Notes: generated by a model not told the origin, from the letters alone. DNA of 62,416 nucleotides, filler included, from Aduncisulcus paluster (GCA_024181965.1; 3 parts of 3 records of this genome joined end to end with filler, not necessarily neighbours in it), one strand, 5' to 3'. Shown: positions 32,601-46,406, numbered from the whole stretch's first letter. Translations and numbers: made by a program.

Positions 32601-35600
32601 CTCCGATGCGTTATTTCTCTGGCAGGAACGAAACTGACACTCTCTTGCGAGTGACTCGTCATAGAGTTTAATCCATCACGAGTTGAGATATCTGCACTAT
32701 GTTGTTGCATCGATAAAAGAGCCTTCTTTCTCTTTTGAATATCAGCACGACGATTGGCAAGTTGAACAAAACTTCCACACACTGCAGCAATTGTACATAA
32801 TCCTTGGGGTTGGATAGAAGCCTTTAGTGATAATTCCACAGATAAACTGATAGAATACCCACCATTAGGAAGAGATTCATGGGTCTTGAAACTGGCCTTG
32901 GAAAACCTGAATTGTTGCGCCATTTCTGTGTTTGAATCTGTAGAATTTGAAGAAGAACCAGGAATAATTCGAATTGTATTGCTCATAGAAGGCATATCTG
33001 TTGTCTTTAGAGTGGGTTTCTTGGCTTCTTCAGCAGGATTCTCTTGCAAAGCCATGATTTGTTTTTCTGGGAGACTAATGCTACTAATGTCCTTATTCGA
33101 TAGAATGTTCTCAGTGACTCCTTCAATTCCGATAGAATGAGCAGAAATGTGGATTCTTTCCTCAAATTCTTCATATATATGAATTGATATATCACCAATT
33201 TTTGCGCCAATAAATACAGGGCCAGTCTTTGTCAACGTTTCTAGCAGAGATGAAGACATAGATAAGAGAGCAGTTGTGTCCAGAGCATTTGCTGTGGAAT
33301 GAGAATTAGCTGAATGTTCCGATTGAGTATCATAATGAGAACCACTTTCTCTTGGAAGAGTAGAGGGATCCCATCTTACATCTTTCTTTGGAGGAGAGCT
33401 CAGCCCAGTATCAACTGAAGCAGAAGGACCTGTCTTTGGAGCACGGTCTTTGGTTGATGAGATGGATTCTTCCATTTTTCTTCCCTTGAGCTGTTCTTTC
33501 AAAACTTCCCTGCGTCTGTCAAACGCCAGATATCCATCTTCTCGATCCCTGCACTCTTCCTCAAGTGCAATTCCACCAATCCTGAGTTCCTTCTCGACTT
33601 GTTGAATCGCAAGGATCATCTGATGGAAGAGATTGCCCCGTCCACAGACAGATTTGTTGGAGAGACTCATATGATTAACAGAGGCTCCGCTGATAATTGG
33701 AGTATCAGAACCCTCGTTGGCAGCAATTCGGCGAGATGCACGTTTGTCAAGCAGACGGGTGCTGATTCTGTGGATACCACGAGAAGCTCTGGCATGTTTC
33801 CGAATACGCATATTTTTCCTCCACATTTCAACAATTCCAATGACGACAGCCAGATGGAACAACTCAACGACTCGTTCTGAGAGCTTCAAGCTCTCTTCTT
33901 CATACATCTTCTGCTTTGTTTCCGCTCTCTCAGATGGAGTCATAATACTTGATTGACTTTCACCCTGAGCTATATGAGACATACTCATCGTTGGAGCCTT
34001 CAGAGCAGAAGTATGCGATTCACACGTTTCAGACTTGCTTTGCTCACTGCCTTGATGTTGTTGTTCAGAAGAGACGGCCACAGGTTGTTCATCAGGGAAC
34101 GATATCCATTCGGACACAATTCGCTNNNNNNNNNNNNNNNNNNNNTCAGATGGAGTCATAATACTTGATTGACTTTCACCCTGAGCTATATGAGACATAC
34201 TCATCGTTGGAGCCTTCAGAGCAGAAGTATGCGATTCACACGTTTCAGACTTGCTTTGCTCACTGCCTTGATGTTGTTGTTCAGAAGAGACGGCCACAGG
34301 TTGTTCATCAGGGAACGATATCCATTCGGACACAATTCGCTTAAGTTCTCGTTTCAACCCAAATCTTTTCTTAGCAACAGAAAACACAGTATTCACACGG
34401 TCTAGGACTTCTTGCTCTAGATAAGGGTACAAATGCAGTAGCAAAGGAAGGTGGGAATTTGAAGAAGCATGGAATTTGATGGATGAGAGAGAAAAGAATA
34501 AGAGATTGGGCTGAGTAAGTGATGTCTTGAAAGAGGCGATCAATGGAGAAAAAGAGAAGAAACAAGCACAAGAGTTAAGTTCATTGGGATGTAAAAATCC
34601 AGCCAAAGGAGGATAGAGCGAGATAAGAAGGTTGGGAGGTAAAGAGAATGAATCAATACAATTGAAATCATCATTGCCACCAACAGAGGTCGATCCTTCA
34701 CTCATCAAGCCATCAATACCTGCCATTCGCGGGGCATTCACATTGTTATTCTTGCCGTTATCATTGAGATGTTGCATACCAACATATGCCTTATTCAGAG
34801 CACTTCTTTTACGTTCCCACTTGTCAAATCGATGAACACTTCCACATCCAAACATTCCAAGAAAAGCTTTCTTCATGCGCACCCGGAGTTGATTCCCAGA
34901 CTCTCCACCTTCACTAAAGACTCCAATGCCATGCATTCCAATGATACATCTACACTCAGGGGCGAGAGAAAGAGGAGTGAGAAGGGAAACACGGGCGGAT
35001 GACACGTGGATGGACAAGTTCTTTCCGATCTTCTCTGGAACAGCCTTTCCTTTTCCAAGTTTTTCAGCATCTGTTGCGATAGAGGTGAGATGTTGAGCAG
35101 GTGAGAAAGAGAGCGGACAAGCAACACTGATACCAAACGAGGCAACTGGTGGAATGGCACATGGAAGGAGAGATAGCTCCACACCATTCATGGATAGATA
35201 TATTTTCTCATGTGTGAATTTCGAAATATCCAAGTTAATTGTACTGGCTTTAAGAAGTGAGAAAGGGGATGCAACAGATAAAATCGAAGCAACACGCTCA
35301 TTTTGACACTTTCTCAGCTCATCGAGGAGATGTTTGGAAGGCAATGGAGGGAAAGGAACGTTGAACAAATCATTTTCATAGTCAAATGCACCCTGTGATT
35401 CAATTTGAAGAGGGTGAGAGACTGAAGGAGTAGTATCGATTGTTGAAGGTAACCCAAGTCTTTGCCTACGTTCAGCCATAGGACTACCTCGGTAATTGAA
35501 ACTATCAGATTCGTCCTCATCGACAAGCTCACCTTTCAATATTGACCGAGTTGAAGGTGGGACAATAATCCATTTCTCATCTTCATCGTTCATATCAATT

Positions 35601-38600
35601 CCACCACAGACATCTCCACGGACAGAATTGGCAAGATCCATCAGAAGTTTGGCAAGAGAGTTGTTGATTTTAGTAATATTAGAATGCTGATCTGGGCCTG
35701 AAGAAGGGAATTGAGGAGGAAGTCTTGGATCAGAAGAAACTGCACCCGGAATTGGCGATAGTAATTCAACATCAAGACCTCTTCTTGCGATTGCCTTGGC
35801 AAATAGAATATCGGTTTTGTTCCAGGTCTTAACCTTTTCAAGAATCTTTTCAACTTTCTCTCTTCGTTTTCGTTCCCTCCCAATATTGTAGAATTGTCTC
35901 GTCGGATGGAGAAGGAAGAAAGGAGAAGCCTGGAGAGTGTTCAACTCCCAAGGACCAGTGTACATGTCCCACAAGGAAATTGGCTCAATATCAGAAACAT
36001 TCAGATGTTTACCAGACGAATGTTGAGAATTAATTTGGAGAGAGGAAGAAAGAATCGTATCTGGGCCATAATTCTGGAAAGATGAAGAAAATTCACATGA
36101 ATCGAGAGTAAACTCCTCTTCATCATCCAAGACTTCAACTTCATCTCTTCGGGATTTATCTCCTTTTTTCTCATCGAATTTTGTCATATCGATGTGAGAA
36201 TCACTCATGTAAGAATCAAGATATCCACCAAGAGCTCCATCAAGAATCTGAGGAGTTGGAATGGGAAGATGGAGAGGTCTTTCACTTCCAAGGCAACTAC
36301 AAACACCCTTGGAGGCTGTTTTGTACAGGTTCGATACTCCTTCCTCTTCATGGGTCAAGGAAGGAGGTTTGCGAATGGAAGAAGAGTAGTCATATTCATC
36401 CTTGTTGTTAGTATTACCTGCGAGATGAGATTTGAGGGAATGGGCCTTGAGTTCATCCTTACATAGTTGCTCACTCCTTGAAATATTCAAAGAAGGACGA
36501 TTCTCCATTCCTGGGATCTTTTGAGAAGACATCTGAGATCCGGAATAACGAAGAAGAACACGTCTGGCCACAGAAAAAGGATTATCAGGGGGTAAATCAA
36601 CCAATGAACTTGCGAATGGATTCTTAAATATCAGTGAATAAGGAAGCCGTTTGTTCTTTCGATCGTGAAACCTCAAGAATCCTCTTTGGTATTGTTTATA
36701 CAAAGGACATAAGTTATCATGTCTTTCCGAGAAACCGATTTGAACACTTCCAGACGATCTTAATATCACACGACCCTTGGAAGTATTTGTTCGACAACGT
36801 GTATGTTCTTGCTTTTCGTTTTGAGCAGTGTTAGCGAATATATGGTTGGATTGAGTTGAAAGGGGAGGTAAAGAAACATCTACAGGGGCCGATGACCATG
36901 AAGAAGACAACACTGAGGAGAGAGGAGGAAGAGGGTGTGTAGCAAATATGATATCAATAGGAATAGACGGAGTTGTGGATTTCTTCATGAATGTATCACT
37001 GATATCTGCAAAAGAAGTCGAGTTTCTTCCATCGTATGATGTTCGAAGATGCTCGGTTTCCTTTTTAGCAGTATCAAACATCTGATTCATCATATTGTAC
37101 CTCCGAACAAGAATTTCTTGTGCGACATCTCGTTCCTTAAGAGCATCCCTCTCACGTAAATTCACGATCCATGATGGAATCTTGATCTCAATCTTTCCAT
37201 TCTCACCATCTTCGCATACATTATCCACAACGATACCCACACCAGCAGGGAGAAGTGCACGGGCTTCGTAAAATACTTCATCCATGTCCGAATATCTCAC
37301 CATTGATGACATTTGAGCCGATGATTGTGGCCCATGTGTTGAATTACTTTCGCTCAAAGTACCAGATCCACCCATCAAAAGTCCACACGTGGCCAGAGCA
37401 GTCACATCAATCCGACCAATTCTCAAAGATAAGGTAAGAAGAGCTGGATTTGGAATAGTTCCATCAAGAATGGAAGCAAGAGTATGGAAAGATATATGAC
37501 TAGCAGCTGGCAAGTCTAGTTCCTTGGCTTTGATGAAGACACGGAGGAAAGGAGGCAAAGAAGGTGAGAAATCATCATCACCCAGAGGGTTTGGAACAGA
37601 AGTCTTATCGACATGGGTTGAAGATGTGAATCTCACCGATTTCCTGGCTCCATTAGGCTCAGAATTGGATTTCTTCCTGCGTGTACTATCTTCAGGAATA
37701 TCTTTCTCTGGTTCCTTATCCTCTCTCCTTTCTCCCTCCGAATGTTGTTTCAACCATTCATAATCTTGTCTCATAATCTCCATTAAAAGACGTGCCGAGT
37801 GTTGATAATTAAGTGTTGCATACGTATTTCTTGCATTCTTTGGAGGTTTTGGAATGGAAGGAATCTCTACTTTGGAAGCAGTTAGAGCTGATGTAAACGG
37901 ACGACGATCAAACTTACCTGACGTGTCAAATATCCCAGAACCTCCAAAATTAGATAATGATGAAGAAGCGAGATCAGCATTCCCTTGTTGGAACAATTGA
38001 GACCGTGAACGTGCCGATTCCAGCAGATTTTCCCCTTCGCTTGAGTTTTGTCTCGTTTCATTATCCTTATCCACTCTAAGAGGTTTATCGACGTACTCAT
38101 CAAAGACAGTACTTGAGAGCATCATGCTATCGGCCTTATCATCCACTTCCTCCGATGTTTCCTCCCCAAGATCTACCATATCAAGCATGTTGCGCTCTTG
38201 ATTGATTTCTTTTCTTCTCTGATTCAGGATAGAGGCAAGAGATGTCGGGAAAGAGCTTTGATTCAGGCTAAACACTGATCGGGCAAGACGGATTGCCTGC
38301 CACATCCTTGGATTGACTTCCTTGGCTTTCTTGGACTGAGTATCGACTTTCTTTCCTTTCTTTTTGTCCTCTTCAGTTTCCTTAACACTTTGGCTTGTGG
38401 AAAATCTGCTTTTTCGGCCAATTTTCAACTTTTTGGAGGAGGTTTGAGTATCATAGGACGATCTACGGTCTTGTTTAGATGTTGGAGATGCATCATCAAT
38501 TTTTGTACGATGAGAGAATGCCGGAATAGAGATAGAGTGAGAGAATCCACCGCCACCCTGAGATAATATCTTTTCAAGCTGCTCCCTTGCTTTCGATTCG

Positions 38601-41600
38601 AATGTAACTTTGGACTTCTTGTCTTCTTCATCTCCTGTTTCTTCCTCTTGTTCTTCTTCCTCTTCCTCCTCGCTCGCATCATTGATATTAAATGCCAGTA
38701 TTTCCTCGGATATTTCTGACGTTTGAGTCTTGAACACATCTCCACGCATGAATTCGTTTATAATATTCCCAATTCCGTCCAAAAGGTTTGTAAAATGAGC
38801 ATAAGGAAATGTTCCTGTAATATCACCGATATCAACAGATGTTGTATTGTTGTAAGTGGTTGAAGTAGTAAATTGAGGAACAAATGGATCTCGAACAAGG
38901 TTTGAACATAAATGATTATGAACTTTGATACCACCGATACGGACAGTGGAATCATCACTTGTCAGATATGGGAATCCCAAGCACTTGTGAGAGAGCATTA
39001 CGGGAGAAGACTCATCCAAGTTTGAAGGGAAGGCAAAGGATTTGTTCATTGATGGGGAATCTGTGAGAGATGGAGAGGCAAAGTCAGGATGTAACCTGAA
39101 GGGAAGAGCAGAAGGAATTGGACTTGGATGTGATTTCTTGTTATCTTTCGAGCCACGAAGTATTGAGAAAGTATTATCGTGGAAAGATTCTGTCTGTCGC
39201 CAAGTCCATGTCTTTGTAGATTCTCCAATATCCCCACATCCCTTGGGACCCTCTCCAGCAAAATAGTGAGGAAACTGCACAGAAGCAGAGCCTACGTTAA
39301 TCTGAGTATCCGAGCTACTATCAGCTCCCCGCATTGTTATGGATGCATCTTCAATGAAAGCAACATAAGAATAGTCTGATGCTTCAACAATTGGGACTCG
39401 GACAGAGGCATTACTGAGTGAGACATTGAGGGAAAATAAGAACACGGATGGAGGGGCTGCGGGCAAGGGATATAAAAGAGCTTCGCTCGGAGGAGCATCT
39501 CTCTCAATCTCCCAGTTGCCTGATGAAGGAGTTGATCGGTTTGATCTTGATCTAGATTTTGGAGATTCGATTTTTGAGGATGAGCTCGACCCCATTTCAA
39601 TGCTTTTCCAGATCTTTTCAAGGAGTTTTAGCCGTATCTTCTCAGCTTCTCTCACACACACGTCAACTCCCATCCAAACTTCACTTCTGGGGAGAACACC
39701 AACTTCTCTTGCTCTCTTCCATTCAAGCATCTCATTGTTGATTCCACCAGAATCTTTGAGGCGAGTAGGACTAACACACAATGCTGCTTGACCGAACAGA
39801 TGGTCCACAAGCCGCATGAGGTGACGTAAACACATTCCTTTGATAGCGACTCCAGCATCAGCGATATCAACGGACATTGACAGGCCATCAACAGGAACAG
39901 AAATACCTTTGTCCTTCGAGGTGGAAGTGTAAGTCCCTGTAATCGTGATAAGATGAGAGGATAGGAATTGAGTGTATGAACACTCTTTGAACAATGGTGT
40001 CGGATGAGGTTGGAAGGGAGAGACTCCTGAAATAAGACTCTTGGAGTGCTGAGATAACATTGATGCAGGGATGGGTATTTCTGCCTCAGTCATATGCTCG
40101 TTAGATGGTGAGAATGCGTTTGGATGGATATCCAACGTGTCCTTACCTTTTCCGGCANNNNNNNNNNNNNNNNNNNNCCTTCGAGGTGGAAGTGTAAGTC
40201 CCTGTAATCGTGATAAGATGAGAGGATAGGAATTGAGTGTATGAACACTCTTTGAACAATGGTGTCGGATGAGGTTGGAAGGGAGAGACTCCTGAAATAA
40301 GACTCTTGGAGTGCTGAGATAACATTGATGCAGGGATGGGTATTTCTGCCTCAGTCATATGCTCGTTAGATGGTGAGAATGCGTTTGGATGGATATCCAA
40401 CGTGTCCTTACCTTTTCCGGCATAGTATGGTCGATGTTCCTTCCGTTTTTGCATTCTCTTGTATCGTTGTTCCCTTTCAACATTCGTAGGATTACGAAAA
40501 CTATCAAGAGATTCGGGTGGAGTAATTATGCCAATTTCTGCATCAACCATTGATATTTCGAAAGGGAATATATTCTTTTGAGGTTGATATTCACGGATAG
40601 GAATAGTATAATCACCATACATCTCAGTTCCACTTATCAAAGTAAGGTAGTTCCCATTGGGTTCATGCACAAAATCGGTTGATGGCATCACCTCAATAAC
40701 ATTCTGAGGATTTGTTGGAACGGCTATTCTAAATCCGTCCTTCATCACAAACCGAATTGGCATTATCACGGGGAAAAACTTGGACAGATCTATTCTCTCT
40801 TTCTTCTCATCATCTTCAACACCATGGACACTCTCTGAAGAAGCTCCTATGTCGTGAAGGGCAGGATCTGGAGATAGTTCGTTGTTTGGAGAAAAGGCCT
40901 CATGAGGGTTGTCGATCCCAGACCCGGAACTCTGTGTCTTCCTTGCCTTCTGCCGTCTATCCCAAGCCTGTCTCTTCTCTTCGACGGGATCAGCTATCTC
41001 TGCGTTGCCCCAGAAGATACCGGCAGCTGTAAGTGTCTGAATATAATCACCGGTGAGGACAGCAACAGTGTTTTCCATCGATAAGGTTGTTTCCCAGTGC
41101 TGAAGAGGATTGATGATAGAAACGAAAGGTTTTTTCATTCGGTAATCGACAATAACTCGACTCGATGAAAGGAAAGGAGTCTGAGTCAGAGAGGATGAGA
41201 TGGACATCCCTCTAAAATCGCACGCGGTGACCAACATACTTTCGTCAGATGTTACAGGCTTGTTAGGTTGACGATATGTGATGTGGGAATCAGGATCAAC
41301 GCTAATGATTAAACTCTGAATGGGATATAGACGGCTTGTAGCATCTTGAGGGAGCATTCCAGGTTTTGGAGGAGTGATTCCATCCTTTTTGAATTTAGGA
41401 CGTTTCCTGTGACGATTATACACAGAATCCCTGAAGTAATCCTCAACGAATCCTTCCTCAACAGCTTGAATGGAAGGATAATTTAGTGTGATATCTCCTC
41501 CTGAAAGGAAGTTCATGGAAATAAACATAGCATTTGGTTCTTGCATCAATCTGTTGTTTCGAGGTTGGGCAGGAGAGGCTGGTTCATTATCTGTTGGGAA

Positions 41601-43964
41601 AAAGAAGTTGGTAACTTCGGATCTTCTCCTATCATACCAAGGACCATATGTGAACTCCCAAGAACCAATGAAATCAACATCTATNNNNNNNNNNNNNNNN
41701 NNNNGTTTTGGAGGAGTGATTCCATCCTTTTTGAATTTAGGACGTTTCCTGTGACGATTATACACAGAATCCCTGAAGTAATCCTCAACGAATCCTTCCT
41801 CAACAGCTTGAATGGAAGGATAATTTAGTGTGATATCTCCTCCTGAAAGGAAGTTCATGGAAATAAACATAGCATTTGGTTCTTGCATCAATCTGTTGTT
41901 TCGAGGTTGGGCAGGAGAGGCTGGTTCATTATCTGTTGGGAAAAAGAAGTTGGTAACTTCGGATCTTCTCCTATCATACCAAGGACCATATGTGAACTCC
42001 CAAGAACCAATGAAATCAACATCTATTCGATTCTCGGCGGTTGAATCGTCGACTTCTTGCACGGTTGCAGACGGATAACCAAGAGTGGGAGACACTACGG
42101 AAGATGGTTGGTAATCAGATCTATAGTTTTTGTACACAGAGGACTCGACATCGTGTTTTGGAGGTGATTGATCGTGCTCATTTGTGGGCAATGAAGAAAC
42201 CACAGCACTTTGAGGCACAGAAACACGATGGAACTCAGCATGGGCAGTGTGCAGAGAAAGAGGATATTTGTTCTGTTTTGCAGGTGTAATAGTTGGTTTC
42301 TGACTCATGAGAAAAGATTTTCCATAGGGGTAGGCACTCCCAACACAATTATTTGCATGTTCGTCAAGTGCAGTGTCGATATGCTGCTTCTCAATTTCAT
42401 CAATGATTTTACCCTGGAGATCCATGATATCCCTCTCTTCATCATCTATCACAGTCACTTCTTCTTCAACCATGTCGACAAATCCAACACTTTTCCTGCC
42501 AAAATGATGGGATTCAGTCAAATCTCTGCCATGAGCAACTGATGATCCGTGCGTACTCTGGCCGTGGCTTTGGTGATCAGTTGATAAAGTGAGTTCAGAT
42601 TTCAATTTACGTGAACGCACCGTCTGGACTCGAGGATTAGGAATGACTTGGTCTTGTTTCATCCGAACACGCAGAACTGGTGCTTTCATAATATAAACTG
42701 GGTTATAATGGAGAGAATAGTCTCGATCATGAATCACCCTATCCATGTTTTCCCTCGCTTTCTGACGGGTTTGTTCGGAATATGAAAGTTTCTTCTCAGA
42801 ATTTTGAGAAGAACCTGGAGTCTTATTGCTCTTGGTTGTGTCTATAATTGGAATGGAAGAAGAGGAAGAGATCGACTCTGAAGTCTTTGGAGGATCTTGG
42901 AAGGCAGATTCAAGAGCTTTAACGGTAGCGGTAGTGTCAACGTCAAGAAACTCAGGTGAAATTCGGTTATTGGTCATTGAAATGTCTCTTCCAAGAGCGG
43001 GGATATCGTGAGAAGAACGTTTGACACCCTTAGGTTGGGAATCTGTAATATGTGGTTGGTATAGAACTTCAAATGACTGTTTCTTATCTTTCGGATCACT
43101 TTTCAAAAGTTTGCTGGAAATATCAAGTTTTTCATGCATTTTCATTTCAATCTTGGTATCACGGCTATCACGGGACTTATTAAATGATATATAGAGTTCA
43201 TTCTTAGATTTTTGTGGATTAGTTTCGACAAAACCGACATTAAAACCTTTAAATACAATATCATTGATCGAACAATCCCGATTTGAGAACTTCGAAGTCC
43301 TTGTCGTGGAGTACCCAGCAGCAAAATCGAAATGAATGAAACCAAGCGATGATTCAACTTGGGAACCGCATAAAATAGTTGCATTATGAATTGTAAAATT
43401 GATTGAAGGAGATATACGATAGATAAATGGAGTTTCTTTAACAGCCACCTCATCTTTTTTCTTATCCTTTTCTTTAGCAGTCGATTCACTTTCTTCTGTT
43501 TCATCTTTCTTACCACTATTGAACAAACGAAGGTATGTTGCATGATTATTGAGGACATCAAGCTTTAATCCCAACACGGTAACTTTTATGATGGAAGATA
43601 GAGGAAACTTGAAAGAATTGTCAATAATATCTTTAACTGATTTTGCTTCATCTTTATCAATCGATTTCCAAAGATCTAATTGTAAAATAATAAATGAACA
43701 ATTCGCTACAAGGTCATAATTTACAAAAGTCACCCCAGCTAAGGTGAGGGTTCCAGTCAGAAGAGACAATCGCATATTCTTAACCTGTATAGCTTGTGAT
43801 TCGCCAAATACTGCTACATTCAAGATCAGTACAACCAATTTGGAAAATAATTTAGGAATTAGATATGACAAAGTAAATAAGATGGCGAGAAGTAAAATGA
43901 CTACAGCAAGATTAGTAATTAATAACCACCAATCCACTGGTTCATTTACACTATCTGTTGCCAT
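23665..43964 (-). CDS. BLTP1: Giant bridge-like lipid transfer protein BLTP1/KIAA1109/Tweek/Csf1 family, one intronless ORF of ~6320 aa after removing five gap-associated duplications
   Basis: N-terminal TM anchor. RLSLLTGTLTLAGVTFV...VTVLGLKLDVLNNHATYLRL and FTYGPWYDRRRSEVTNFFFPTD match the family's N-terminal and YGPWADRQR..FFFP signatures; C-terminus LNPKLTCIGAVTP...VIPRRLH. Duplication offsets 195+319+216+265+342=1337; 20300-1337=18963 nt=6321 codons, in frame from ATG 43964. Confidence 0.9.
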
Positions 43965-44258
43965 TAGTATAACGACAAAACGGGGACTTCGAGGTAAAAT
44001 CCGTGGGCAAAATAGAATAAAAATAAAAAATGACAAATAATGATAATTTTAGAAAATAATTAAGTGGATATATTTTCAAATGTGTATTGTATTGTATGGC
44101 TCGCCTATAGATTTTTTGGATTTGATTTGGCAGCTCTGCACGAAATATAAGTATGATTCGTTTTTTCTTTTGCATTTATTTTCCTTTGAAGTGAATATTT
44201 TATATTTATCCCCTCTTTTTTGCTCCTTTCAGTGATTTTATCCTCTTCAATCCCGAAG

Positions 44259-46406
44259 ATGGTCATTAGCTTGCTATATGACCGCTTATTTTTTCCGTTA
44301 TTCTGCATAATTACTTTTTTTGTATTCAATATATATGAAAATAATGTTTTATCATTCAAAATGATTTTATATTTCCTTCTACTCCTATTATTACGATTTA
44401 AGCTTGGAATTCAGAAATTGAGCCCACCTAATCCAGATATATCTTCTTCTAAACACATTTGCAACATCGAATTCCCATCATCTCGGGACTCTCATAAGAC
44501 CTCGACTATTCAAGATGATAATCCATTTCTATCATCTTGTTTATCCTTATTATTACCTCATTTTTTGACAAATAAGTCTTTACATCAACTTGTAATCAGA
44601 AGTGAATCCTTTATAAATGATTTTATTGGTAAGAATGCTAAGAAAGTACCTCTCGATCCGATTCACTTTCTTTCAGCTAATGTGAAGGATTTTAAAATAG
44701 ATTTCCATGATGTATCTTTCTCAGATTGTGAAAATGGGGATTATAAAGCATTTTTTAAAACATCAATATGTGGAGACATTTCTCTTGTTATTCAGTCTAA
44801 ATTCTTCATAAATAAGCCATGGGATCGGTTTTTATCTCTTCCATTTGTGGTGTCGTTCTCATTAAAATCGATTTCTTTTGATTGTTCACTTCAGGTGGGA
44901 CATTCATGCGAGAAACGGACACTCTCCGGTTATTCAAAATCATCAAAGGTAAAAGATCCATCTTTATGGGTGGCTTTGTCAAATATTCGAACAGATTTCT
45001 CCCTATCCGTTGCGCTTGTCGGGAAAGAATCCACAAAGCCGATGATCCATGATGCTGGTATCGTCGAAAAGATTCTCAAACAGTTATTTTTAGATATATG
45101 TGCAACCATCGATGGTAAAAACCTTGTGTGTATTCCTCTTTCCTTCTTTGATGATACAGATGTGCAGTCTCAAGGCTTTTCTGGAACAAAATCACATCCC
45201 GTCGACAAACCACCAAAAACTTCAACGACTCCCGACGACCAGTTTCATGCCATCTTGAAATTATTATGGGAAGATTTTGTGCGTGAACGGTGGTCTTCAC
45301 AACCAGAAATAATTTATCCCTCAATTGTTGATACAACTGTTTATTCCAATCCTGCAGAAACTTCTGGTCTATGCTCATCCCCAAAACATACAATAGAATC
45401 AAAGAGAGTAGTTTCTCACCATGGTACCCAAAATAGATCTCCTGTGGCTTGGGAGTGGGATGATGATGAGTCATTGAATGAGCGAGAAAGAGAAAGAATC
45501 CAAGGTATTGACCATAGTGATGTCCATGAATTTAAATCCGTGTCTGGATATGTTACACCATCGTACATCACTATTAAGACAAAGAATCCTCTCGATGCTG
45601 ACATACTCGAAAAGAAGTTATCTGAGATGCCCCGAAAGCATCACTATCAGCACTCTCCTCAATATAATACAGGGAATACCAGTGTGAATAAGACCAGTTC
45701 TTCTCCGTCCTCTTCTTCCTCCTACGTGTCTCCAACATCTTCCGGCATTGTTGATGAGTCTATGTCTACTTTTAGGACTGGAATGGCATCTCCACCGTCA
45801 TTGTCTGATTCCGTCGTGCATCCAGTGAAGAAAGCATCCCCAAAATCCACTAGTTTCTCACCTACATCTAAAAATAGAAGAGATGCCATCGTTACTTCAT
45901 CTGATTTGATGGGTAAACAACGATCCACAAAATCTGCAACAAAAGTCCAAGAGTCTGCAGACCAACCAAAAGTTTCTTCAAAAATTTTAGCCCACAAGAT
46001 GGTTTCCACTGATTCAGGCGATAAAAACAAGATCGACTCGCCCTCTTCTTCCACTTCCCTCGATTCTGATTGTTTTGTGTCACCGCCCGTTGTGGTTCCA
46101 ACTGAGAAAGGAAGGAGGAAGAATGAGGCATCTGGGATATTTGGTAGACTTAAGTTCAAAGGAAAACGAGGGACAATTGGGACGAAAGGAGATAGGAAAG
46201 CCAAGATCAAAACTGTTGATGATTCTTCCTCCTCTTCTTCGTCTCTTTTCCATACACAGTCACAGTTTTTATCAACACATCATTCAGGGTTTGACCATGA
46301 ATTGCATATTTCTCATGAACCCGAATTGGAACGAAGGTTCAATGTAAAGAAAGATACAAGTCTCTCGGGAATGTTTATTCAAGACTTTGGGTATGGAGAT
46401 GTGTAA
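44259..46406 (+). CDS. Mmm1-like SMP/TULIP lipid-transfer protein with N-terminal TM anchor and long disordered Ser-rich tail
   Basis: INDFIGKNAKKVPLDPIHF, GDISLVIQSKFFINKPWDRFLSLPFVVSFSL and FSLSVALVG...IHDAGIVEKILKQ...VCIPL align by eye with the yeast Mmm1 SMP domain (LNDFIGRKS..LDTIKI; LTLGVETKLLLNYP...LPINLVV; IKSLIGSRSKLENIPKI). Possible in-frame 81-nt intron 44322-44402 (GTATTC..AAG). Confidence 0.7.
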   Translation: MVISLLYDRLFFPLFCIITFFVFNIYENNVLSFKMILYFLLLLLLRFKLGIQKLSPPNPDISSSKHICNIEFPSSRDSHKTSTIQDDNPFLSSCLSLLLPHFLTNKSLHQLVIRSESFINDFIGKNAKKVPLDPIHFLSANVKDFKIDFHDVSFSDCENGDYKAFFKTSICGDISLVIQSKFFINKPWDRFLSLPFVVSFSLKSISFDCSLQVGHSCEKRTLSGYSKSSKVKDPSLWVALSNIRTDFSLSVALVGKESTKPMIHDAGIVEKILKQLFLDICATIDGKNLVCIPLSFFDDTDVQSQGFSGTKSHPVDKPPKTSTTPDDQFHAILKLLWEDFVRERWSSQPEIIYPSIVDTTVYSNPAETSGLCSSPKHTIESKRVVSHHGTQNRSPVAWEWDDDESLNERERERIQGIDHSDVHEFKSVSGYVTPSYITIKTKNPLDADILEKKLSEMPRKHHYQHSPQYNTGNTSVNKTSSSPSSSSSYVSPTSSGIVDESMSTFRTGMASPPSLSDSVVHPVKKASPKSTSFSPTSKNRRDAIVTSSDLMGKQRSTKSATKVQESADQPKVSSKILAHKMVSTDSGDKNKIDSPSSSTSLDSDCFVSPPVVVPTEKGRRKNEASGIFGRLKFKGKRGTIGTKGDRKAKIKTVDDSSSSSSSLFHTQSQFLSTHHSGFDHELHISHEPELERRFNVKKDTSLSGMFIQDFGYGDV

